Shown here in pieces: positions 24,692 through 36,192 of a DNA stretch of 64,000 nucleotides. The notes under the pieces were generated by a model. It did not search any database. It saw nothing but the letters and a program-made list of their open reading frames with translations, and was not told the DNA's origin. This DNA comes from Hydrolagus affinis (lineage: Eukaryota), in assembly GCA_012026655.1 (NCBI GenBank), contig JAAILG010000699.1:1-64000 (forward strand). The letters run 5' to 3'. The translations under genes and the position numbers were made by a program. Positions within the stretch are counted from its first letter, which is position 1. Each line of letters starts with the position of its first letter.

Positions 24692-25190
24692 CTCCCCAAC
24701 TACTCGCTCCACAGGTTGCAAATCGTCCAGAACTCTGCAGCCCGTGTCCTCTCCCACACTAGGCTCTGTGACCTTATCACCCCCACCCTTGCCCAACTCC
24801 ACTGGCTTCCCATCACACAGAGGATATAGTTCAAGATCCTTGTCCTCACCTTCAAAATCCTGGCCTCACGCCCACCTCTGCGACCTACTAAACCGCCACC
24901 AACCTGTCTGTTCTGACTATTCAGCGGGGTCCTGCCTGCTTCATGTCCCCCTGCGTCGCCTGCCCCACCATTGGCCAGTGGGCCTTCAGACACTCGACCA
25001 CCACCCTCTGGAACTCCATCCCGGAGTCCCTCATCCCTTACCTCCTTCAAGACCCACCTCTAGGCCCCCCTCTGTGACCATGCTTTTCATCAACCTCCTT
25101 TCTCCTCTGACCTCTACCCATCCCAATCCCAACTCCCAGCTCAGGTCTAAAATCCGAATGTAATTTTGCTGCTATTGTTTTGTTGTTTGA
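24692..25190 (+). mobile_element. L2 LINE ORF2 3' remnant
   Basis: Translates RLQIVQNSAARVL...HWLPITQRI*FKILVLTFK, followed by a degenerate tail. Confidence 0.85.
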
Positions 25191-26277
25191 ATGTCACAGC
25201 GCACCTTAGTAATATTATATCTGGAACATTCGCTGTGAATCCATTCATTTTTAAGAAAACGTTTAACTTTGTATTAAGAAAGAGATTACACACAACTCAA
25301 AATAAAATGCGTAGTATCTCGCCCTGAGAGAGAGCGAAGGAACTTATTTCAATTGGATATTATCTTATTATCTTTGCAAAACTCAGCATCAAGCACCCTG
25401 CTTCATTCTAAGGTGTACTAGCAACAGACCTGGACATGTGTTTTTTTTCTTCCACCCCCACCACCACCCCCCATTTGGCAACGCCTGCAGATTAATCTCT
25501 TCAATTCAATCTCCTGCAATGATACCCTACTAAACTACTTGTGATCAAACGTTTTCAAGGGAATGATTTACAAAGACCAGATCTGGTTTCAAAACGAAAA
25601 CTTTTTAATGATGGGTTTCCCTCAGGCGATGATCTGAATCGCTGCTTAGTCTGATCCATTGGGAATTTTACCTGTGAAATTTCAAAACAATTAGAAATGG
25701 TTAAAAACTTGTGATTTTTTTTTCTTACTAAAGGGAAACTGTGTGTTGGATCAAATGTAATTGTCATTATTTAAAGGCAAAAGTCTGTAGTTGTGCAGTA
25801 ACTGCATTATACCAATGTATACTCTGCACATCACCAAATCGTAATCTTTGCTTTATGACATAAAGCAACATGAAAGACGCTCTATAAATGTAATTTTGTT
25901 GTTGTTGTGTATGACCATATTCAGCCATTGGTTTGGCCTCTCAATCTGGCTGCCTTTTTAGGCTTGCTAGTAACTTGGAATCGTTTTGCCTTGGGCGGTG
26001 AATTTCATCTAATCTGGGCTCTGTTTCTATGGAACGTTATGTGGAATTTAAGGATTGCGCTCTTCAGAGATGAGATGGAGATAAGCGGCATTTATTTTTA
26101 ACTGGATTCCTTCCTAATTAAGTCTGATGTGATCCAGTGTCTGTTGGACTTTCCATGGGTTAGCTTGACATGCAGTACTTTCAGTTACCAGACGTTCGCA
26201 CCCAGATTTTCTTGTTGACAAATCCTGGTAGATATTGCTCCAAGTTGGACCCCATTCTTCATCTTTACCCACTCAAT

Positions 26278-26425
26278 TCACGACTGTTTGTGGGACGCTG
26301 CTGTGCACATTTAGCTGCTGCTTAACATCTACAAAATACAGTCAATCCATTTCTCATTATATTCTGGGAAGCGTTTTGAGATGTCTCAATGTTGTAATAA
26401 AGTGCTATATCAAATGCAAGGATTA
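26278..26425 (+). mobile_element. Deu-SINE 3' half
   Basis: cacgactgtttgtgggacgctgctgtgc...gctatatcaaatgcaaggattat. Confidence 0.8.
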
Positions 26426-26506
26426 TGCAATTTGAGAGAGATTATATATATATCATAAATATAATGTAATGAATTAAATATATAAATGCCACTGTTAACT
26501 GCTCTA

Positions 26507-26765
26507 TAATAATAATCCTTACATTTGATATAGCACTTTTCACATCTTCTAGGTGTCTCAAAGTGCTTCACAGAATATAGTGTATTGTGTATAGTTATGG
26601 GCAAAATGCAATAGCCAATTGCGCATGGCAGTGTCCCACAAACAGGCGTGGATTGAAGGGACCAATCTATTACTTTTTTTCTTCTTGTGGGATTATTATC
26701 AAGCGTGTGGAGTAAAGAAACTTGCCTAAGATCTCGCCCTGCCGAGAATCGAACCCAGGTCTCTG
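26507..26765 (-). mobile_element. Deu-SINE (short subfamily), tail-to-tail with the previous copy
   Basis: Reverse complement of the SINE consensus, including the B-box (gaatcgaaccc on the + strand). Confidence 0.85.
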
Positions 26766-27189
26766 AGATGCTACCCTGCATGGAGGGCACAGTATAAGCA
26801 CAAGTTGTTACTGTTGTTCATCATGATTGAATGATATTTTGCCATAGTTTCTCATGAAGCACTTCGAGGATTACGGAGGATTCCTTGTGAATGAGAGCAC
26901 TCTGAGAAGGGAGGAACCAAAAGGGGCAAAAGACTGGAGTAAACTACTTAATGGATTCATCATTGTGGCAGAGGTTTCTGTCTGATGAGGAGTTAAAGGC
27001 TCACCCTTCCAGGAACAAGCAAAGATGTTTTTCATCCTTTGGTAACATTCAACAAATGAAAGACAATTAAACCTCAATGAAATGATTAACCGTAAAGAAC
27101 TGTGAGTCCTTCACAGGTTTAAAATGATAATTCTTTAAAGTGTTTGGGGAATTCGATTTGGGGTGGTGGGGTGAATACAGAGAATATAT

Positions 27190-27485
27190 TTCCTCTGCTG
27201 GGGGATTCCAGAACATACAGGCAAAAGCTTAAAATTAGAGGTTGGCTGTTTAGGAGTGGAATCAGGAAACAGTTTTTCCACAGAAAGAGCATTAGAAATC
27301 TGGAACTCTCTTCCCTCAAACAATGTGGACACTGAATCCGTTCAAAATTTGTCATCTGTAGATTTTTGTTAGGGAAGTGTATCAAGGAACATGGACCAAA
27401 CACAGGTAAATGATGTTGAGGTGCAGATCTAATAAAATGGTGGAACAGGCTTGAGGGGCTGAATGGCCTTCTCCTGGTTCTAGGT
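27190..27485 (+). mobile_element. CR1 LINE 3' fragment (a second, older CR1 fragment lies at about 27680-27932)
   Basis: Translates GDSRT...LKIRG..FRSGIRKQFF...WNSL-like CR1 ORF2 end, then ggcttgaggggctgaatggcct. Confidence 0.8.
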
Positions 27486-28194
27486 TTCCAATTAAGAGCT
27501 ATCAAAAGTGAATCTCGTGATCAAGAGATTGTTGCTCCTTGCTCTATTTAATATTGTTGTGACTTGTTGAAACAAGTTGATATCTTCATTAGCCCTAGCA
27601 ACGCAATGCAGAAACCCCATTATATCCATCTGTCACTCACGAGCAATGTGATAAATAATTTTTTTTAAAACCCCTAGATTTAAGATAATTGCCAAAAAGA
27701 ATCAGAGGGGGTGATGAGGAGATTAAAAAAAAACAGGTTTGTTACAATGTGGATTGGCTGAAAGTGTGGTGGAAGCAGATTTGATAAAGCTTTCAAAAGA
27801 GAATTGGATAGGTATTTAAAATAGAAAAATATGCATGGCTATAGGTGAGTGGAACTAGTTGGTAGCTCTTTCAAACAACAGGCCCAATGGGCCCAATGGA
27901 CTCTTTTGGTGCTGCAAGACTCTATGATTCTATTTGTTGCTGATGCACAAATATTTTTTTCCCCATTACGAAAACCTCTGTGTTTCGCCAACTGTGTAAA
28001 TTTTCTTTCTGAAAAGCGAAATGCCACCAGAACCATGCGGTTGTCAAGCTCTCAAATTCAGCACCTTTGCAGAGTGACAGCACTTGACAAGTTTCCATAG
28101 GTAATGAACAGATTATTATAAGTTTTTGGTGTGCGTGGAACTGGGTAATCAGTGATGTTGGGGAAGAATGACGCATTGCAGAGAGCTCACAATG

Positions 28195-28548
28195 TATCCT
28201 GTAGCTCTGTGGTTAGAGCACTGGCATCACAAGCGAGCAATACTGGGTTCTATTCCCGGCAAGGCAAAATTTCCTTGGGCAAATTTCCTTACTCCACACG
28301 CCTCTGTTTACCTAGCAGTAAGTAGGACCCCAGTTGTTCGTCGATGGCTTTACCAGGAATAATTATCCTTTCAAAAAAAAAAAATTTGGTCACCCAATCC
28401 ACGACTGTTTGGGGGATATTGCTGTGCGCAATTGGCCATTGTGTTTCGCCCACAAATATACAGTCAATTCACTTTACAGTATATTCTGTGAAGCACTTTG
28501 AGATGCCAGGAAGACGTGAAAAGTGCTATATCAAATGTTATTATTATG
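28195..28548 (+). mobile_element. Full-length Deu-SINE (long subfamily)
   Basis: tcctgtagctctgtggttagagcac head, internal cctctgtttacctagcagtaagtagg segment, Deu core and tail. Similar long copies occur at about 30712-31060 (+), 34063-34410 (+) and 48983-49358 (-). Confidence 0.85.
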
Positions 28549-30180
28549 ATATTTTTAATATTATGTGCCTGTCTTTAATAAGCACTGAACTGACCTGTTC
28601 ATGCCCATAAGTGGTCTGTTATTATTCATTGCACTTTCAGTGCTTTGTTGCTGTGTTGAAGCTGCATGTATGCGTTTCTTTAAGCAGAATTCTAATGATA
28701 AAAAAAATCTAGGAATGAATGTGCGAGAGCTCTGCAATCCATAAATACCATCCCTAGTTATCTCCCATACTTCATTGGAATCACAACTGCTTAATGATCA
28801 ACCTTGCTTGCCTCCCTGGGCAAATAATTCCAAATACTGTACAAACCATCCTCTGTGTAAACTAGTTAAATGCAATCTGCTCTGTGCTCCCCCCACCCCT
28901 CTCCTCTTCTGAACTCAAGACTTTATTGTGGATTTCTTGACTCTTTTTATGAGTCTGTTTGTGGGACACTGCTAGGCGTAATTGACTGGCACATTGTGAC
29001 GCACCCACAAAGTATATAGTGGCACTTTACTGTTTTTCTGTTAAGCGTTGTGGGACGTCTCAAAGATATCCTCATTCAACCCACCTCTTACATCTAAGGC
29101 TGTTGCACCTTCAAGTTCTTTCACTCCCTAGCTCCAATGCTATCCTGTCCCACGCTTTGAAATTTGGGGTGGGGGGGTAAATATTTTTCTAATTGTACTT
29201 TGGCCTAAGGTTTAACATTGTTTTGTACAAATCACGCTTTACACCATTCATACCAACTTGGCTACTGACTTTCTCTCTCTCTCTCCCTCGGCAATCATAA
29301 TTCAAAAAGGTGTTGATTGACCGGTTGTCTTTAATCTTTCTGTGCTTTTTAAAATGTGTTTTCAGTGGGTTACTTTTTAATGTTTATGTCAAGAACAAGG
29401 GTAGTTAAGAAATCTTCTGTGGTGTGACTTGATACCTGAGGCAGTTCTTTTAGCGCTTGACTCCCTGCCCAGGATGTTGTGGGTTCAAGTCCCAGCTTGG
29501 CCTAATACTTGAACCTAGTATGCCTCTGGGCTGAGAGTGGTGTTTCACTTCAGGGGGAGAGAGAGGAGGAACCTTTCCACTTCTCCCATTTCACTCTCCC
29601 TGGAGGCTGATCACAAAATATCCGTTGACAGCAACTGCAAAGATGTCCATAGCTCCCCCTCCCCTTTTTTCTGCAGGACTGGGGGGAAGGGAGGGAATGG
29701 GAAGCGTTTAGGAACACACGATGATAATCCTTGCATTTGATCTAGCGCCTTTCATGTCAAGAGAACATCTCAAAGTGCCTCGCTGGGTTTACTGTAAAGT
29801 GTAACAATTGTGTAGTCGAGGAGAGAACACTGAAATCATTTTTGGAAATGTTATGTAATATAACAAACCTTGCCTTTGATACAGCGCCTTATCATGCCGT
29901 TGAAGCATCGCGAAGCAGTTCACAGGATTTACTGTAGAATGCATTCACTGTGTATATGTAGCACGAATGTGGCATCCAATTGGCACACAGCAATAATAAT
30001 CATTGCATTTGATCTAGCACCTTCTCACGTCTTCAAGATGTCTCAGAGCTCTTCACAGAATGTACTATAAAGTGAATATACTATTAGAGCATAAATATAA
30101 TATCATTAACAACAACAACAAAATTACATTTATAGAGTGACTTTCACATTGGCCATGAAGTGAATGCTCAATTTTATCTG

Positions 30181-30401
30181 AAACAGAAGTTGCTGGGGGA
30201 ACTCAGCAGGTCAGGCAGCATCCATGGAGAAAGGAAAATGAGTCAATGTTTCGGATCTACAACCTTCGTCAGAACTGGGGCTTGTTTGGAGGGAGAGGTT
30301 TTTAAAGACGTTAGAGGGGGAGAGGCAGAACATGGAAGACAACAACAACTTCTGTTTCAGATTCAGATTCCCAGCATCTGTAGTACTTTGTATTTTGTTT
30401 T
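30181..30401. mobile_element. Penelope-like element terminal fragment with internal inversion and 16-bp TSD, inserted in an old SINE
   Basis: Direct repeat tgctcaattttatctg at 30165-30180 and 30402-30417. The insert carries actcagcaggtcaggcagcatc...gtttcggatctacaaccttcgtcag, which I recognise as the chondrichthyan Penelope-type terminal repeat. Inverted repeat at 30176-30192 / 30346-30362. Confidence 0.7.
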
Positions 30402-33400
30402 TGCTCAATTTTATCTGTTGGACACCATAACAAACTTTCTTCTCTTCATGAATAGTGCCAGGTGGAATCTTTAATGTCCACCTGAAAAATACAGAAGGGA
30501 AGTACTCTAATATCTGACACAAAGGATAGCACCTCCAACAATGCAGCACTGCCCCCAACACTGCATTGTAAAGTCAGCCTAGAACCTACACCCTTCCGAA
30601 CTCGGAGATGAGGGAGCTACCAACTGAGCCAGAATGACAATTTATGAGTGTTCAGTCTTCTCGTACAAGCTACATGTTTGAGTGTTTGATTCATACAATA
30701 GGGAATATCCGAGTCCCGTACCTCAGTGGTTAGAGCACTCGCCCTACAAGCGAGAGACCTGGATTTGATTCCCGCAGGGCAAAATGTTGGGCAAGTTTCC
30801 TTACTTCACGTGCCTCTATTTACCTAGCAGTAAGTAGTCGATTTGCAGACTGTTTTTCCGAGAGCAATAATTCCTTCAAAAATGTATTAATTTTTAAATA
30901 TTGGTCACTTGATCCAGGACTTTGTGGGATGCTGCTGTGCGCAATTGGCTGCCACGTTTCGCCCATTAAATATACTGTCAATTCACTCTACAGTACATTC
31001 TGTGAGACATCTCGAAAGAGTGTTGAGGCGCTATATCGAATGCAAGGATTATTATCATTATATCGTGCAGGGTTTGAGCTTGTGCTGGATTTTATCAAGG
31101 TGTCAGTTACACCATGTTAGTGAAGAGGATCACAAAATGTACCACTGATGCTCTTGGCTATATCTCTCGGATTTAGTTTCCAAAAAAGGAATTGTGTGGT
31201 GGGAAAGTTGTCATTGTGGTTTTAATAGACACATTAGCGGTGACCAGATTTTGGGACATCAAGTACTAACTTGACTTTCTTGACAATTTGGTCAAAATAA
31301 AGACTACCATGGCTGTAGTTTCTTTTGAATAGAAACCCACAGAATAATTAAGAGTACTTAAATAAAATTGTCTCTCTCAGTGAATCTGTGGGATCAATCG
31401 CTTCTAGCTGTATAATAGCTGCAACTTGTAATGAATTATTCTAAACCGTGCAAAAATAATGTTATCTGACGGCAGAGAGGTGTTAGCGAGTGCATCAGTG
31501 ATCCTCTCACGGCTCTAAATGACAATTAAAAACAACAACATTGTGCTTTTACAACACCATTTACATAGAGTATTGTCTCAGAGTGCTTAGGCTGAATGCC
31601 AGACCATGTGAGGGGTGATGCGATCTGAAGATGGACGAGGAGGGGGTAATGCAGAGGGACTGAGACAAACAGCTGTAGGGTCTTGAGGCGTAGTCGATGA
31701 AAGCACAGTGTCCAATGGTGAAGCGGAATTGTCGATCGCCAGCATTCACCCAACGGAACCTCATCCCAGGATACTGAAAGAGTGGAATGTCTTCAAATGT
31801 GCTCTGAAAATGGAGAGAGCGCGGTCAAAGCGAAGGGATTGAGGGAGAGTTCCACAGCTTCGGAACTCTCTCTTACAGCTTTCACTGCTTAAATTTATGC
31901 CTCCGCCCTTCGGGATATGGTACCATATCTCTCTCTTTCTCTTTTGACAACAGTTACCACAGAGAGGAAAAAGTTAATGCAAGGAGGCCTGTCACCGTTC
32001 TGATTTCACAAATTAACCAAGTCCCTTTGGCAAAAACAGAGCAAACCAGGCAAAGTTGAAATGCGTAGTCGATTTAAAGTAGAATTTGTGTTTTCACGTC
32101 GCTGACTGTTCGACATCAAAACCCTTCTTAGCTCCAGTCACTGCCGTCAAGTGTAACTGCCAGAGAATTTTACTTACGCAGAACAAGAACACAGAACCTT
32201 TAATTTGACCACAGTCAAGGTAGGAGTCTGGGGCCTCTGGATCCCATCCCACCTCACAGTAATGGAAGAATCTAATCATTTTAAACATCGTTATATGGAT
32301 CAGATTGTTAAAGAGAGAGAGAGCCCAAAGCGCAATCTCTTCGCCTTGCCGGCTCTCTCCCCAATTTCAGGTTGCACTTGAAGACCTTCCTTTTCGACCT
32401 GCCTACGGTCACCTTCCCCCTCCCCCTGGCTTGGCATCAGACTCTGCCACTGTTAAGCACTCTGAGATGCTAACCCGTATGAAGGGCACTAGATAAATGC
32501 AGGCCTTTGATATTCGACAAATTGTTTTCAAGTGCGTTTTTTGAGGTATGAAGAGATTCAGAATAAGCTGCTTTACAGAAAACACTGATTATACCTGTTG
32601 ACAAGCCAGTTTTGTGTCTGGTATGTGTAACAAGGTAATTCTAAACTTGGGGTTTTATACTGAACATTTTTTTTTGGGGGGGGGGGGGGGAGGTTGTATT
32701 GATTTGGGCTATAAGATAAGAAATTTTATCGGGTTAATTTCTAATCGCACAAAAAGATGAAGGTGGAGAACAAACAGAGCTGCACAGACGGAGAGCCTTC
32801 TCATGGTGGGAGACTGAAAGGGCACTGATCGGATTCAGATGGTGGCTGCTGTCACACACGATTGTTTGAGTTTAGTGGATGGATAGGGAGATCTGCTGGC
32901 ATTGGGGCTGCACAGGCAGATCAGACAAAGGAGAACACAAAAGCAGAATGCGAACAACGTGTTTCTTTAGATGAAACACCAGGGGACAATTGGAGTGGCG
33001 AGGCAGACTGACTCCACAGAGGAATCTCTGAACATGCACTGCCAGACAGCCTGCAGTCAGATGAAATCATCTGTTCACATCTCTGTGCTGTAGTTCAAAG
33101 ATGTGAAGGCAGCATTCATACTCCCCCACCCCCCCCACCGCACACACACCCCATCCTCTCCACCATCTACGGTTCTTCCAAAAATCCACTGTCAAAACAC
33201 TGCAACGTTGTGTACTTTGATGACCCTGAAGGTTTGATAAGCATTTGACGCGTCCCATCAGTATTTTAGAGATGTTAACTATTTTCACATCACGAGAGAG
33301 CGATACTTCTGTCTGAGCTCCAGGTATGCGAAGCTCAAGCATGCACGCATTTTGCCCATTAATTTTGCCCTGCTTGCTGCCTCTTAATCTTCAATATCTG

Positions 33401-35779
33401 CACAGAGAAGTTAGGAAAGAACTTCAGTGTCATTAGGTTCTTATTAAATGTTGTAGCGTTTCTTTCAAGGATATTCTGACATCTATTGTATAGATGGGAA
33501 TTGGCCCCGCTTTGAACTTTGTTCATTGCTGCATTTTCTCTTTGATTTATTGTTTTAATACAAAAATTGTCATTTGAATGCTGATTTTATAGAAATTGCT
33601 AATGGGTTTGAAAATACATTAGTAGCTATCATAAAATCATGGAATTTGCCGCACAGAGGATATTATATGACTCAGTCTGTGCTGGTCCTAACTTCTCTAC
33701 TGGATCAGTATTGATATTCTTTCCATCTCTTCCTCACTCTGTTTAATGATCTCTCTGTTCGTCTCTTTTTCACCCTGGCAATGTTTGGTCTAACAGAAAT
33801 CCTGATGAAATGTCGGGAGATGTGAACGTAGTGTTGTCTGCCTTCAGGGACCATGTATTATAAATTACCGCAAGAATGATGCACAAATTATAATTCCAGC
33901 AATAAAGTACTTCTTTATGTAAAAAGAGAGCCCTTATATCATTGGACTTTGGCATCCTTATTGGAAAATCTTGTTGATCGTATGCTAGCTTTAGAAACAG
34001 CAATCAAAGTTGGCAATGCAGTGTAATGTAAGAGAGCGTTTCAAGAGAATAGTGTGAGATAGTGGAGTCCTGTAGCGTATTGGTTAGAGCACTCACCTCG
34101 CAAGCAAGATGACCCAGGTTGGATTCCTGAATCCAGGGCGAAATCAAGGCAAGTTTCCTTACTCCACACATCTGTTTACCCAGCAGTATGGAGGAATCCT
34201 GTTGTCAGTCGATTGATGGATTGCTTTCCTGGGTAATAATCCCTCAAAAAATAATAATAGAAATAATTTGGTCACTCAATCTACGAGTGTTTGTGGGAGA
34301 CTACTGCAATCAATTAGCTTCCGCGTTTCACCCACAAAATACAGTCAATCCACTTCACAATATATTCTGCGAAGTTCTTTAAGATATCTCAACAAATGAT
34401 AAGGTGCTATAGTATTTTATTTTAGTAGAGATTAATCATCAGCAATCAAGGTTTGTGTTGTGTTCTATGTAATAAATCACAATAGATAGTTTCAGGATCT
34501 AGAAGTAATGGGAGATATTCTCTTCCATTTCTGTTAAGAGTGATGGGGAATAGTAAACTAGGCAACTGTTGATTAAATACCACTCTTTTATTAAAAACTA
34601 TTAATATACTCTATTTATAAAATAATATTTTATATTTTATAAAATAAACTCTCTTATTAAAAACAATTTTGTGTTCATTCTAGCAATGGGGAATAGCAGT
34701 GGTAAACGTGTATCTGAAGCAAGCATAAGCTTCAGTCCCCACTTTTTTAAAACGCTTACAAAATACAGTCACTCCACTCCAGTAAATCCCATGAAGTGCT
34801 TTGAAATGTCCTTCTGACATGAAGTGCTGTATCAATTGCAATGGTTTTAATGTCATCGACTAACATTAATACATGCAGTGGTGAAGCAAGCCTCCTTCCT
34901 TGGTGTGAAACAAAATATCTGTGTATAGTACTTCATCACTGGGAAAGGTTTATTTTGAAATTGTTAATGAAACCATGAACACCTAACAAAGAACATGATT
35001 TTTTTTCACAAGTCTTCTCGAGTGAAATCCAGTTTCCTTTTCGCACATCCACTTGCTCACTTGCACTTTGTAAGAGGAACCCTGCATTTGTAACTTTCCA
35101 TATGTGTTGCATCTCCAGTTATGTGATTCCAATTCGGAACCCATTTCTCTAATCATCAGATCAAGTAACCAAATGTTGAGATATCCTGAGATAGAGCAGT
35201 GGGGGGGTTGGGGGGGGGTGGTGGGTGGGGTGGAGGGAATTATAGGATAGCAAGGCCTTAAAAAAGAATGAAAGTGGAGACTGAATAATGAAAGAAAGAG
35301 GAAGGAAACAAAAAGAGTGAAAGAAGAGATTAAAGATAACAAAACAGTCACAATAAGAATGAAAAGGGATTAAAAGGATTTATTTGTGTGTGTGTGTATA
35401 TATAGATTACATATAGTTATCTACTTTCCTGTCTCCACCTGTTTCTATGTCAGGAAATACCACAGTATCATATCCTCTCCCCATTCACCTCCCAGCCCAA
35501 ATGAGTTTTCTTTAACTTTACCATATATTCATTTGTTCAGCTAAATACTCTAACGCTAAGAGAAAATGTCCTGTGGCTTTATTTTATCTTGCGGCGTTTT
35601 GAAGAACAAAGCTTGTCACGAACAGTCTTTTTCTTTCACACGATGAATATATCATTTCTGAATTTTTTTCCAAAAGGAAAGTGGAATGGCATGGCTCGTC
35701 GTTAATGATACCATTTGTGTGTTGCTAAGTGGGCGCCACCTTCAGTGTTAAACTCCACTCTCCTATGGCCCAACCTGCT

Positions 35780-36192
35780 GGAAAGCTCACTTCAAGAATT
35801 GAAAGCCTCAAGGCTTACCTGCTCGCCCCACCCTACATCCGTGTCCTCCTATCGCCTTACCAACCTGCCTGCCCCCCACCCACCCCACTCCGCTCAGCAG
35901 ACTCTGGTCTGCTCCACGTTCCCAGACCCACCCGCCCCACCATTGGTGAGAGCGCCTTCAGCCACTCTGCCCCCAACCTCCATCCCACAGTCCCTCCGCC
36001 TCGCTGGCCTCCTTCAAGTCTCATCTCAAGACTCTCCTCTTTGCTGGACCCATCAAAAACTCCTAATCCCCCCCCCTTCCCTCCACCACCCCCATCCTCA
36101 GCTCAGATCTGAAGCAATGACTGTCCAGCACCTTGGGACGTCCTCCTGATGTGAAAGGCTCTATACAAATGTAATTTTTTGTTGTTGTTGTT
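35780..36192 (+). mobile_element. L2 LINE 3' remnant (family A)
   Basis: Translates APPYI...LRSADSGLL..P..T...GESAFSHSAP and ends cttgggacgtcctcctgatgtgaaaggctctatacaaatgtaatttttt(gtt)n. Confidence 0.8.
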
